A stretch of 64,000 bases of DNA from Alphaproteobacteria bacterium. GTDB lineage: Bacteria > Pseudomonadota > Alphaproteobacteria > MPNO01. The notes under the pieces were generated by a model. The model had not been told where the DNA came from, did no database searches, and was given only the letters and a program-made list of their open reading frames with translations. Both the position numbers and the translations under genes were made by a program. Positions 10,785-21,614 of the stretch are shown here, piece after piece. The number at the start of each line of letters is the position of its first letter. Within the stretch, counting starts at the first letter, position 1. Location: assembly GCA_965248835.1 (NCBI GenBank), contig CBDFLJ010000001.1, forward strand, positions 1,056,001 through 1,120,000. The letters run 5' to 3'.

Positions 10785-11798
10785 CTACTTGTTGGGATCG
10801 TAGAGCTTCGATTTCAGGGTCTGGTAGTCCACGATAAACTTGTCGGCCAGGGCATCGTTCTCCGCCCACTTCGCGCCGTAGATCGTCCGGACGTAGGCAT
10901 CGCGGTATTCGCCTTCGAGCTTGAGCCACTGCACCCCGGCCTTGGCGAGCGCCGCGTCGTCGCGCCGGCCGAGCCGGATCACCGACTCGTCGGCGGTCGT
11001 TTCGTATTGCCGGGCCATCTTCTCGAGGAAGGCCTGCTCCTCGCTAGTCATCGAATCCCACTTCTTCTTGTTGACCAGCACCAACATCGTGGCGCCGAAG
11101 AACGACGGCTCGACCCGGTATTTGAGGAACCTCCCCCATCCGTAGGTGTTAACCGAACCCCAGGGCCAGGCCAGGCCCTCGACCACGCCGCGCTCGAGCG
11201 CGGAGTAGACGTCGCTCGGCGAAATGACGATCGGGGTCGCGCCCATCTTGCGCATGAAGGCCTTGTATAGGCCGGTGGAGCGCATCTTCACGCCGGTCAG
11301 GTCGATCCCGGTCGTCTTGCTGAGCTTGGGCTTGAACCGCGTATAGACGTAGAATCGCTGCCCGTTCTGGAAGGTCCAGGCCAGGATCCGTGAGTTGAGG
11401 CCCTTGTCCCAGGCCTCCTGCATCATGTCCCAGGCGCCGTTGGAGCGGATCTCGTCGAGCGACTTGTTGTGCGCGCCGGGCAACCGGCCCTCGGCGAGGA
11501 TGCCCGAGTAGTAGGTGCCCGGGCAGTAGATCATGTCGACCAGCCCACGCTGTATGGCGCTGCCCTGACCCTTCCAGGGAATAACCTCCGGCCCGCCCCT
11601 GTAGCGGATACTCACCGGGCCGTTGGCCTTGTTGATCGGGTCGATGAAGTGCTCATGCAGCGCGTTGACGTAGTCGTGGTTGCGCTGGAAGCAGGCCAGA
11701 GCCTGCAACTGGGTGGCAGCGACCGCCGGGATGCTCCAGGCGGTGAGCGCCACACCGGCCGCCGCGACCGTGAGCGTGATGTTCGATCTGGCCGTCAT
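10785..11798 (-). CDS. dctP: TRAP transporter substrate-binding protein DctP
   Basis: Signal peptide, GGPEVIP, DLTGVKMRS, DVYSALERGVVEG, VNKKKWDSM; ATG 11798 after GAAGGG. Confidence 0.88.
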   Translation of the reverse strand: MTARSNITLTVAAAGVALTAWSIPAVAATQLQALACFQRNHDYVNALHEHFIDPINKANGPVSIRYRGGPEVIPWKGQGSAIQRGLVDMIYCPGTYYSGILAEGRLPGAHNKSLDEIRSNGAWDMMQEAWDKGLNSRILAWTFQNGQRFYVYTRFKPKLSKTTGIDLTGVKMRSTGLYKAFMRKMGATPIVISPSDVYSALERGVVEGLAWPWGSVNTYGWGRFLKYRVEPSFFGATMLVLVNKKKWDSMTSEEQAFLEKMARQYETTADESVIRLGRRDDAALAKAGVQWLKLEGEYRDAYVRTIYGAKWAENDALADKFIVDYQTLKSKLYDPNK

Positions 11799-11816
11799 TG
11801 GTACGTTCCCTTCTGT

Positions 11817-11843
11817 GTTTCCCCGCATAGGTTTCCCCGCATA
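11817..11843. repeat. 13-bp direct repeat GTTTCCCCGCATA x2 in the dctP leader
   Basis: Copies at 11817-11829 and 11831-11843. Confidence 0.85.
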
Positions 11844-12073
11844 ACAGGCATCCGCGCGACCGGCTTCCGATTCCTGCCGCCCATCCGGCCGGTTCTTTCG
11901 TCCTTCGCGGGCGGCGGCGTTGAGCCGCGGTTTCACGCTTGCTTTTGCACGTTGGACGCATCAGCCTATCGTCGAGAGCTTAGGCGGGCCCGGCGCAACA
12001 CACAAGTGCGCCACGCCGGATCCCGTGGCGTCCGGGGTCGAACCCGGACGAAATGCGACGGCGAAGGAGCGGC

Positions 12074-12598
12074 ATGGGGGGTGTCATCCGCGCGTACAAC
12101 GCGCTCATCAACCTGCTGCGCTTCCTTGCCGGCGTCATCGTCTTCGGCATCTTCGTGCTGATCTGTGTCGACGTGCTACTCCGGCTGTTCGGCGGCTATG
12201 TCGGCATGCAGCCCTGGACCTACTCGGTGCCGGTGGTCGAATACGGCCTCCTGTGGTTCGCCATGCTGGCCGCCCCCTACCTGGTGCGGATCAAGGGCCA
12301 CGTCTTCATCGCGGCGCTGACCGAAATCGTCCCGCCTCGGGTGCGATGGGGAATGGCCAAGCTCTCCTATCTGGGCTGCATCGTCGCGGCCTGCATCTTC
12401 GCCTGGTACTCCTGGGGCGTGCTGCTGGAGGCGATGCAGCGCGGGACGCTCGACATCCGCGCCGAGGAGATCCCGCTCTGGTACCTGCTCCTCCCGATGC
12501 CGTTCTGCTTCGCGCTGGTGGCGGTCGAGTTTGGCCGCTATCTGATCGGCATCGATTCCATGTACGGGGACCGGACCGAGGTGCAGGAGAACGTCTGA
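12074..12598 (+). CDS. dctQ: TRAP transporter small permease DctQ
   Basis: Four TM segments, DVLLR, EY...APYLVRIKGHV; RBS AAGGAG. Confidence 0.88.
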   Translation: MGGVIRAYNALINLLRFLAGVIVFGIFVLICVDVLLRLFGGYVGMQPWTYSVPVVEYGLLWFAMLAAPYLVRIKGHVFIAALTEIVPPRVRWGMAKLSYLGCIVAACIFAWYSWGVLLEAMQRGTLDIRAEEIPLWYLLLPMPFCFALVAVEFGRYLIGIDSMYGDRTEVQENV

Positions 12599-12600
12599 CC

Positions 12601-13914
12601 GTGGAGTGGTACTGGGCATTCATTCTACTGCTCGGACTGATCGTCGGCATGATGGCGCTCGGCATGCCGGTCGCGTTCGCATTCCTGTCGACCAACATCC
12701 TGGGCTGGGTCTACTTCAACGACTGGAACCTCAACGTGCTGCCGCAGGTGGTCGACAACTCGACCGTCCTGATCAGCCGGTTCACCCTGGGCCCGGTCCC
12801 GATGTTCATCATGATGGGCTCGCTGTTCTTCCATACCGGGCTCGCGATACGGGTGTTCGATGGTCTGGAGGTGCTGTTCGGTCGGCTGCCCGGCCGGCTG
12901 TGCTTCCTGACAGTCGCCGGCGGCACGATCTTCTCCACCCTGACCGGTTCGTCGATGGCCAACACCGCCATGCTGGGCTCGCTGATGGTGCCGGAGATGC
13001 AGCGCCGCGGCTACAGCCGGCGCATGTCGATGGGCCCGATCCTGGGCACCGGCGGGCTTGCCATGATCATCCCGCCGTCCGCGCTCGGCGTGCTGCTGGC
13101 CAGCGTCGCCAGCATCGATGTCGGCAAGCTGCTGATCGCGGGGTTCATCCCGGGCTTCACCCTGGCCTTGCTCTATGCCGGCATGATCCTCCTGCAGCTT
13201 TGGCTTTTGCCGGGCTCGGCGCCGGCCTACGACGTCGAGCGGACCACCTGGGGCGAAAAGGCACGGGTCGTTGCCACCAACATCCTGCCGATGAGCTTCG
13301 TCATCTTCATGGTGATCGGCTTCATCATCTTCGGCTGGGCGACGCCCACGGAGGCCGCGGCGATCGGCGTGCTGTCCGTGATGATCCTGGCCGCCGCCTA
13401 CCGACGGCTGACCGTCGCGGCGATCTTCGTCGCCGTCGACGCCACCTTGAAGGTCGGTGCGATGGTGTTCTTCATCCTGATGAACTCCACCGTGTTCAGC
13501 CAGCTTCTCGCGTTCTCGGGCGCCAGCCAGGGGATGCTCGAATGGGTGACCGGCTTCGAGGTCCACCGGCTGACCATCCTGTTTGCGATGTTCTGCGTCC
13601 TGCTCTTCCTCGGCATGTTCATGGACGCCACCTCGATGATGCTGATCACGGTACCGATCTTCTTCCCGCTGGCGAACTTGCTCGGCTTCGACCTGATCTG
13701 GTTCGGCCTGTTCGTGCTCATCACCATCGAGATGGCGGGCACCACGCCGCCCTTCGGGCTTTTGCTCTACGTCATGATGGGGGTCGCGCCGAAGGGTACC
13801 ACGCTTGTCCACGTGGCGAGCGCGGCCGCGCCGTTCCTGGTGTGCGACACGGTGCTCATCCTGATCTTGGTCGCGTTCCCGCCGCTCGCGCTTTGGCTGC
13901 CGAGCCTGATGTGA
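12601..13914 (+). CDS. dctM: TRAP transporter large permease DctM
   Basis: GMPVAFA, VPMFIMMG, GSSMANTA, IIPPS, TPTEAA, TPPFG; GTG start. Confidence 0.93.
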   Translation: MEWYWAFILLLGLIVGMMALGMPVAFAFLSTNILGWVYFNDWNLNVLPQVVDNSTVLISRFTLGPVPMFIMMGSLFFHTGLAIRVFDGLEVLFGRLPGRLCFLTVAGGTIFSTLTGSSMANTAMLGSLMVPEMQRRGYSRRMSMGPILGTGGLAMIIPPSALGVLLASVASIDVGKLLIAGFIPGFTLALLYAGMILLQLWLLPGSAPAYDVERTTWGEKARVVATNILPMSFVIFMVIGFIIFGWATPTEAAAIGVLSVMILAAAYRRLTVAAIFVAVDATLKVGAMVFFILMNSTVFSQLLAFSGASQGMLEWVTGFEVHRLTILFAMFCVLLFLGMFMDATSMMLITVPIFFPLANLLGFDLIWFGLFVLITIEMAGTTPPFGLLLYVMMGVAPKGTTLVHVASAAAPFLVCDTVLILILVAFPPLALWLPSLM

Positions 13915-13950
13915 GCGGCCGAAGCCGGCGAGGCACGCGCCCGTTCCGGC

Positions 13951-14085
13951 GTGAGCCCGATCGCCAGGCTTCCAGCCATGCAGCGCTTCGGACTTATCCT
14001 GTTCATCGCGGTCTCGCAGTTCGCCGGGACCGTGATGCATGTGATGGTCGGCGTGACGCTGCCGACGGTGGGGCGCGAACTGGGG
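13951..14085 (+). pseudogene. Possible MFS transporter N-terminal scrap
   Basis: One TM helix followed by MVGVTLPTVGRELG, resembling TM1 of DHA2-type MFS; homology then stops. Confidence 0.45.
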
Positions 14086-14087
14086 AG

Positions 14088-14180
14088 AACCTGTTCACGA
14101 TCATGGGGCCGTCCAGCCCCTCGGTGCTCGCCAACATGGTTTCCGCTATCGAGCAGCACGTCGAGTGGATTGCCGGCTGC
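14088..14180 (+). pseudogene. Baeyer-Villiger (cyclohexanone-type) monooxygenase internal scrap
   Basis: NLFTIMGPSSPSVLANMVSAIEQHVEWIAGC matches the BVMO motif PNLF..GP.SP..L.NM...IEQHVEWI. Confidence 0.75.
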
Positions 14181-14725
14181 CGAGCGCACGCGGCAGGCCG
14201 TAGCCGGAAAGTCATTCCCCGGTTCTTCAACGGACGGCGCGGCAGGCTTCGCGGCTTCGAAGCACGGCCCAGACGATCCTTGCGTTCCTGTCCGGACAAC
14301 GTCGCTTCTTCGACCGCACGAAGCCGCTGCCTGATGGCAGCGGAGCTCGTGGACAGAGCGCCCGCAGGGCTGGATCGGCGCGGGTGCCCCCGAGTGTGAT
14401 TGGATTATTCCGGCAAGCAACAAGCCGCAGCGGCACAAAAACTCTCGGCAATTCAGAAGGTCGCAACGGATCAGACCGGGATTTCGATCAAATGTCGGTC
14501 TCGGTGGTTGCGAGCCCCCGCAATCGGCTCACAAGATCGATCTGGTAATGCGCGCCGATAAGCTTCTTGCTGGGGTGCGGCGTTTTCTTCTCAATGCCGC
14601 CCGCGCCACCCGAAAAGTCAGCATCACCGTCGCCGTGCGCGCCACTGCGCCGGATCAAGGCGAGCGTGCATTGTGTGAAAACACTCCGCGAACCCGACCG
14701 CTTCGGAGGCTGCCGTCCGGAAAGC

Positions 14726-14977
14726 TCAGGCGGCCCCGGCAAGAAGCTTCACGGTCTTCCGGGCGGTGTGCCCGGCATTTCGCATGACAACCTCAAGCTC
14801 GTAATGGGATTGGAGGTTGAGCTGGAATGAAGCGGACACGCCGAAGGCCCGCTCCAGCCTGAGCGCGGTATCGGCCGTGATGCCGCGCCGACCGCGCATG
14901 ATGCCGCTGAAGCGGTTTTGCGCAATGCCGTCGGCGCTGAATGCATAGGGCTCGATGAAATCCTCGTGGAGGGTCAC
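14726..14977 (-). pseudogene. higA: HigA-type antitoxin (XRE HTH) remnant with internal deletion
   Basis: LHEDFIEP...IMRGRRGITADTALRLERAFGVSASF.LNLQSHYEL; N-terminus and part of the HTH missing. Confidence 0.75.
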
Positions 14978-15271
14978 GCCCGCAGACCATGCCCGATCAT
15001 CGGCGATGTTCGTTCTCGATTCCCGTGACCGGAGGGTCGCTTCGTCAACACGTGCTGCGGGACGACGGCGGGCGGGAGGAGGCCGGGGCTCGGCGCGCGC
15101 GTCTGTCGGGAAACCTTCGAAGGCGATGAAACTCCGGGCACCTTCCGAGGATCAGATCGCGATCACAAGCGAATGTCGGTTTCGGTCATTGCGGGCCGGT
15201 CCCGCCGGCACGGCTGGCGCCTTGCTGCGAATTCGGTGATGCTTGGGGTGCAGGCAGGAAGGACGGCGCGC

Positions 15272-16321
15272 ATGAAATTCGGGATCTTCGATCACGTCGA
15301 CCGCTCGGACAGAGCCCTGGTCGACCAGCTCGACGGGCGGCTTGCGTTCCTGGCCGCCGCCGACGCGGCGGGGTTCTACGGCTATCACGTCGCCGAGCAT
15401 CACGCCACGCCGCTCAACATGGTCCCGGTGCCCGGCGTCTATCTCGGCGCGGTGGCCAACGCCACAAGCCGGATCAGACTCGGGCCGATGACCTATCTGC
15501 TGCCGCTCTATTCGCCGCTCCGGCTGATCGAGGAGATCTGCATTCTCGACCATCTCAGCCACGGCCGGCTCGAGGTCGGCGTCGGGCGCGGCGTCTCGCC
15601 GTTCGAGCTCAATTTCCACAACATCAGCGCCGAGACCTCGCGCGCGGTCTTCCAAGACGCGTTCGCCGCCATCACCAGCGGCTTGACCGGCAGGACGCTC
15701 GACCACGCGGGCGAGCATTACAGCTATTCGGACGTGCCGATGGAGCTGGCCCCCTATCAGCGCCCCCACCCGCCGTTCTGGTACCCGTCGTCGAACCCGG
15801 AAAGCAGCGCCTGGTCGGGATCGGCCGGGCTCAACTTCCTCACCCTCGGGCCCGCGGCGGCGGCCGGCAGGTGCATCGCCGCCTACAAGGAGGCCTATGC
15901 CGGGCGCGGCGCGCCGTCCGGCCCCGCGCTCGACTTTCCCGGCGGGACCGCGATCGGCGTGAACCGCCACGTCGTGATCGCCGAGACCGATGCGGATGCC
16001 CTCAGGATCGCCGCACCGGCTTACGAGCGCTGGTACGCCAGCCTGATAAAGCTCTGGGTCGACAACAACATGCCGGGCCCGGCGTTCGCGCGGACGACCA
16101 ACGGCGAGGTCACCGCGGCGATCGCCGAGGGCTCGGTCATCGTCGGCTCGCCCGGGACGGTGCGGGCCCGGATCGCCGAGCAGATCGATGCGCTGGGGGT
16201 CAACTACTTCACGCTCGCCTTCTATTTCGGCGCGATCGCGCACGAGGACGCCATGCGATCGCTTAGCCTGTTCGCCCGCGAGGTCATGCCGGCCTTCGAG
16301 GCGGACGGCGCAGCCGCCTGA
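15272..16321 (+). CDS. LLM-class (luciferase-like) flavin-dependent monooxygenase
   Basis: MKFGIFDH, AEHHATPL, LDHLSHGRLEVGVGRG, GSPGTVR, LFAREVMPAF. Confidence 0.92.
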   Translation: MKFGIFDHVDRSDRALVDQLDGRLAFLAAADAAGFYGYHVAEHHATPLNMVPVPGVYLGAVANATSRIRLGPMTYLLPLYSPLRLIEEICILDHLSHGRLEVGVGRGVSPFELNFHNISAETSRAVFQDAFAAITSGLTGRTLDHAGEHYSYSDVPMELAPYQRPHPPFWYPSSNPESSAWSGSAGLNFLTLGPAAAAGRCIAAYKEAYAGRGAPSGPALDFPGGTAIGVNRHVVIAETDADALRIAAPAYERWYASLIKLWVDNNMPGPAFARTTNGEVTAAIAEGSVIVGSPGTVRARIAEQIDALGVNYFTLAFYFGAIAHEDAMRSLSLFAREVMPAFEADGAAA

Positions 16322-16352
16322 TACTGCCGGTCCAGCCGGTTCGCAACCGGCT

Positions 16353-17084
16353 TCAGCCCGCCGCCGCATCCAACGCATCGCCCAAATGGCAGATGCCGTT
16401 GAAATAGGTTTCCCACACCACCAGGTTGCGGCGGCAGGACTCCACGACCGCATCGACCAGCTTGAGCTCCTCGGCGTAGCGCGCCACGGTCTGCCAGCCG
16501 AGTTCGGAGTGCTCCCGGTCGGCCTCGGTGTGCAGCGTGAAGAACCTGACATCGTCCTCGCCGAGGTCCCAGATCTCCTGCCAGATGCGCCCGACCATGG
16601 CGTTCCAGCCCTTTTCCCTGGCCTCGCCGGTCCCGTAGCCCGGCACGTTGACCCGCTCCGAGCAGGTGTTGGCGATCAGCCCGAGCAGCCAGTGGCAGTT
16701 CGCCATCAAGCCCATCCAGGCGTCCCAGCAGAGCTGCGTCGTCGGCGTCGGCGCCGCGCTCTGGATCGCCTGCCGGTCCATGCCGATGCGCACGCCGAGA
16801 TCCTCGAGAATCTTCCAGTGCGGCTCGCCGCCGCCGAATTCATGGTCGGCGATGATCTCCTGCGCGCAGGCCTCGATAATGTCGAGCTTGACCTCCCAGA
16901 TCGGGCAGTTGGTCGCCGTCTTGAGCTTGAGCACCGAATTGCGCTGGCGCGAGTTCAGCCGGTGCTGCAGCACCCAGGCGCGGCAGCGGTTCGGTGTCCA
17001 GGCGTCTTCCCGGAAGATCAGGCACCGGCCGACAAAGTCGTTGAGCTCCGCATCCAGCCGTCCGACGACCGATCGGTTTGGCAT
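16353..17084 (-). CDS. Heme-oxygenase-like diiron protein (PqqC/CADD/TenA superfamily)
   Basis: All-helical, about 243 aa; E..ADHEFGGGEPH, CSER and FFTLHTEADREH (HxxxDxxH). Confidence 0.72.
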   Translation of the reverse strand: MPNRSVVGRLDAELNDFVGRCLIFREDAWTPNRCRAWVLQHRLNSRQRNSVLKLKTATNCPIWEVKLDIIEACAQEIIADHEFGGGEPHWKILEDLGVRIGMDRQAIQSAAPTPTTQLCWDAWMGLMANCHWLLGLIANTCSERVNVPGYGTGEAREKGWNAMVGRIWQEIWDLGEDDVRFFTLHTEADREHSELGWQTVARYAEELKLVDAVVESCRRNLVVWETYFNGICHLGDALDAAAG

Positions 17085-17233
17085 CGCCAAGTCCCTGCGC
17101 GAACAAACCGCCACTGTAGGTGCCGGCCGAAGGCGCGTCCATCCGGGCGGGGCGGCTTGCGGCGCCTTGCGGCAGATGCCACGATTGCCGGTGCGGCGCG
17201 GTCGACAGCGCCGTCGATGGCTGGGAGGATCGC

Positions 17234-17407
17234 ATGAAGTCGGCTCGTCTTGCCGTCTTGGCGCTCGCCGTCGGCGCCGGTCTGCCATCGACGGCCGCGG
17301 CCGTCGATGCCGTCACGCTGAAATTTCTGACTGCCTGGAACAAGCGCTCCGCGCCCCATGTCAGAAAGCTGCGCGAGATCGCCCGCAAGGCCGGTCTCGC
17401 GGAGTAG
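17234..17407 (+). pseudogene. 57-aa ORF, probably an internally deleted periplasmic binding-protein gene (DctP-like)
   Basis: RBS GGAGGA; signal peptide plus VTLKFLTAW joined to a C-terminus-like KLREIARKAGLAE*; followed by a terminator. Confidence 0.5.
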
Positions 17408-17432
17408 ACCCGCGCGGCTTGCGGCGTCAGGA

Positions 17433-17457
17433 AAGGGGGCGCTTCGGCCCCCTTCTC
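17433..17457 (+). terminator. Intrinsic terminator-like hairpin
   Basis: AAGGGGGC-GCTTCG-GCCCCCTT followed by CTCATT. Confidence 0.6.
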
Positions 17458-17474
17458 ATTCGGGAGGCCGATGA

Positions 17475-17966
17475 ATGAAACTCGAAGGATCCTGCCATTG
17501 CGGCGCGGTGCGCTTCTCGGTCAATTCGCGCACCCCCTATCCGTTCAACCACTGCTATTGCTCGAAATGCCGCAAGACCGGCGGCGGCGGATACGGCATC
17601 AACATCATGGGCGAGCACGCGACGCTGACGGTGAGCGGCGGCGAGAACATCTCGGTCTACCGCTCGGCCAACAACCACCGCGGCCTCTACGAGGAGGACG
17701 GGCTCGGCTACTCGCGGCGCAGCTTCTGCAAGACCTGCGGGACGCCGTTGTGGATCTACAACCCGCGCTACCCGGACGCCGTCTACCCGTGCGCCACCGC
17801 GATCGACACGCCGCTGCCCGCAGCGCCTGCGCGCACCCACCACATGCTGGGCTACAGGGCACATTGGGTCCCGGTGCCCGAGGGCCCGAACAACACCCGC
17901 CACGAGTTCTACCCCGACGAAGGGATCGAGCAGTGGCACCGCCGGCTCGGGCTCTACGAGGAATAG
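17475..17966 (+). CDS. GFA family (glutathione-dependent formaldehyde-activating/CENP-V) zinc protein
   Basis: GSCHCGAVRF, CYCSKCRK, FCKTCGTPL. Confidence 0.9.
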   Translation: MKLEGSCHCGAVRFSVNSRTPYPFNHCYCSKCRKTGGGGYGINIMGEHATLTVSGGENISVYRSANNHRGLYEEDGLGYSRRSFCKTCGTPLWIYNPRYPDAVYPCATAIDTPLPAAPARTHHMLGYRAHWVPVPEGPNNTRHEFYPDEGIEQWHRRLGLYEE

Positions 17967-18026
17967 GATTCGCAACAGCGGGCGTCGGAACGGCCGGCTA
18001 AACGCCGCGCTGTCGAACCGGCTCGA

Positions 18027-19058
18027 TCAGGCTGCGCCGCGCGCCGCCTGTTCGCCGGCGAGGCGGTCCAGGATGCGGCGCGCCTCCAGCCCGCCGGCAT
18101 CGCCGTTGATGTCGACCCCGGCCCAGCCCGGTGCGCGCCCCAGCGCCGCCTGCTGTGCCTCCAGCACCGCCTTGTCCTCCATGAACGCCTGGTGCACCTG
18201 CTCGTAGAGCAGGTCGGTAACCGCCGGCTGATCGATGTTGAAGTTGTGCGCATCGGCCCAGAAATAGTGCACGGAGGTTGCGGTCTCCGGGGTGATCGCG
18301 TTCAGGCTGCGCCGCTCGAAACCCTTGCTGCGGTCGCCGTCGCGGGCGCCGCTGCCGGTCGGCGCCCCGCCCAAATCGAGCTTGACGAAGCACGGCGGGG
18401 CGAAGTCGATGATCTGCCAGCGGTCGATATTGGTCGTGAAGTCCATCAGCTTGCCGTACATCGGCGGGGCCGGCACGTCGATCATCCAGCGCGTCACCCG
18501 CACGCCCGGGCCATGGCGCTCGGTCCTGACCTCGGCGGCCTCGACCACAGCGGCGTTGCCGAGCGTCGTCTGGTGCACGAAGCTCAGATGCGAAAGATCG
18601 AGCAGGTTGTCGACCGCCAGGCGATAGTCGCAGCCCATCGGGATGCGGCTGCCGCGGGCCCGCCATGCCGGGTCGTCGAGCTCGTGGAAATCCGCGATCA
18701 GCGCCGCGTCGGCGCCGTCGGCGGCGCCCATCCAGATCCATACCCAGCCCCAGCGCTCGGCGACCGGGTAGGACCGCACCCGGGCGCCGGGCGGCACCGC
18801 GGACTGGCCCGGCACCTCGACGCAGGTTCCGTCCGGCGCGAAGACCAGGCCGTGATAGCCGCATCGCAGCCGGTCGCCGTCAGCTTCGCCCATCGACAGC
18901 GGAAGCTGCCGATGGCAGCACCGGTCCTCCAGCGCGATCACCTGGCCTCGGGCGCCGCGGTAGAGCACCACCGGCTGGTCGAGGAACGTGCGGGCAAGCG
19001 GCGCCTCGGAGACCTCATCGGACCACGCCGCGACATACCAATAGTCCTTCAGGAACAT
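18027..19058 (-). CDS. Rieske oxygenase alpha subunit, VanA/O-demethylase-like (intact)
   Basis: WYVAAW, CCHR...CGYHG, DNLLDLSHLSFVH, TPET...HYFW, EDKAVLEAQQ. Confidence 0.92.
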   Translation of the reverse strand: MFLKDYWYVAAWSDEVSEAPLARTFLDQPVVLYRGARGQVIALEDRCCHRQLPLSMGEADGDRLRCGYHGLVFAPDGTCVEVPGQSAVPPGARVRSYPVAERWGWVWIWMGAADGADAALIADFHELDDPAWRARGSRIPMGCDYRLAVDNLLDLSHLSFVHQTTLGNAAVVEAAEVRTERHGPGVRVTRWMIDVPAPPMYGKLMDFTTNIDRWQIIDFAPPCFVKLDLGGAPTGSGARDGDRSKGFERRSLNAITPETATSVHYFWADAHNFNIDQPAVTDLLYEQVHQAFMEDKAVLEAQQAALGRAPGWAGVDINGDAGGLEARRILDRLAGEQAARGAA

Positions 19059-19082
19059 TGCACCCTCCCGGGGCCTATGCGT

Positions 19083-20141
19083 TCAGGAGATGTCCATCAC
19101 CGTAATCCACACCGTCCGCCGCCGGCCCTGGTTTACGACGGTCAGTTCGACCTGGGTACCGATGCCGGCCTGGGCGAACTCGCTGGCGAGATCGGACACC
19201 GACCGGACCGCCACACCGTTGACCTTGGTGATGATGTCGCCGAGCAGCCGGCGCTCGAGATTCGCCGGCAGCAGCCCGGCCTGCTCGGCCGAGGAGCCGG
19301 GCAGGACGCGGCTCACCACCAGCCCGGTCACGCCGAGCCGCGCGACCGTCTCCTCGCCCATCACGACGATCCCGATCCCCGGACGCGGCACCTTCCCGTC
19401 GCGGATCAGCCGCGGGACGATCCGGTTGACGATATCGACCGGGACCGCGAACCCGATCCCCGACGATGCGCCGGTATCGGACAGGATCGCGGTGTTGACC
19501 CCGATCAGCCGCCCCGCGGAATCGAGCAGCGGCCCGCCGGAGTTCCCCGGGTTGATCGCTGCATCGGTCTGGATGACGCCGCGCACCTCGCGGTCGCTGG
19601 CCGTCGGCAGCCGCCGGTTGAGCGCGCTGATCACGCCGGCGGTCAGCGTCCGCGAAAGCCCGAACGGGTTGCCGATGGCAAAGACCGACTGGCCGACCCG
19701 GAGATCGGCCGAGGTGCCGACCGGGATCGGGCGCAGCGCGGTCCGCGTCTCGGACAGCCGCACCACGGCCAGGTCGTAGTCGGGCGCGGTGCCGACGACC
19801 GCCGCGCCGACGGCTTTGCCGTCGTCGAGCCGGACGTTGACCTCCCGGGCGCCTTCGACGACATGGAAATTGGTCACCACATGGCCGGCCCGGTCCCACA
19901 TCAGGCCCGAACCTGCGCCGCTGCCGCCGCTGCCGCTGGTGAAGATGTAAACCACCGAGGGTGCGGCGGTCTCGAACAGCGCGACGGTGGAGGCCTCCAT
20001 CGCGGCGAGATCGCCGCGCGGGGTGACCGCGCGCGGCACCTCGGCGGTCAGGAACACGTCGCGCACGAACCGGTCGGCGACATAGATCGTCGCCAGGATC
20101 AGGATCCAGATGGCGGCGAACAGTCCCCAGCGCCGGTTCAT
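19083..20141 (-). CDS. HtrA/DegP-family serine protease with one PDZ domain
   Basis: TNFHVV, DLAVV, IQTDAAINPGNSGGPL; N-terminal TM segment. Confidence 0.93.
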   Translation of the reverse strand: MNRRWGLFAAIWILILATIYVADRFVRDVFLTAEVPRAVTPRGDLAAMEASTVALFETAAPSVVYIFTSGSGGSGAGSGLMWDRAGHVVTNFHVVEGAREVNVRLDDGKAVGAAVVGTAPDYDLAVVRLSETRTALRPIPVGTSADLRVGQSVFAIGNPFGLSRTLTAGVISALNRRLPTASDREVRGVIQTDAAINPGNSGGPLLDSAGRLIGVNTAILSDTGASSGIGFAVPVDIVNRIVPRLIRDGKVPRPGIGIVVMGEETVARLGVTGLVVSRVLPGSSAEQAGLLPANLERRLLGDIITKVNGVAVRSVSDLASEFAQAGIGTQVELTVVNQGRRRTVWITVMDIS

Positions 20142-20399
20142 GTCTGCACAGCGGCGGTCATGACGGGGCTGCACTCATGGCGTCAGCGGTCTTCTCGGCC
20201 GACTTGATCGTCGGGATCTCGGTGGTCGCTCGCGGCACCGCGGGCGCGATCCAGGCGTCGCGCGCGGGCCGGTTGTACCATACACCACCCGGCCCCGGAT
20301 CGGTAACCGCACCCGACCGGAAGCGGACCCGGCGCCTTGCCGGGGCGATCCCGGCTGCATAGACTCCGGCGCCGTTTCGCGCCGCGCCGAAGGACGACC

Positions 20400-21605
<1,206 letters not shown>

Positions 21606-21614
21606 CCGGGAGCC

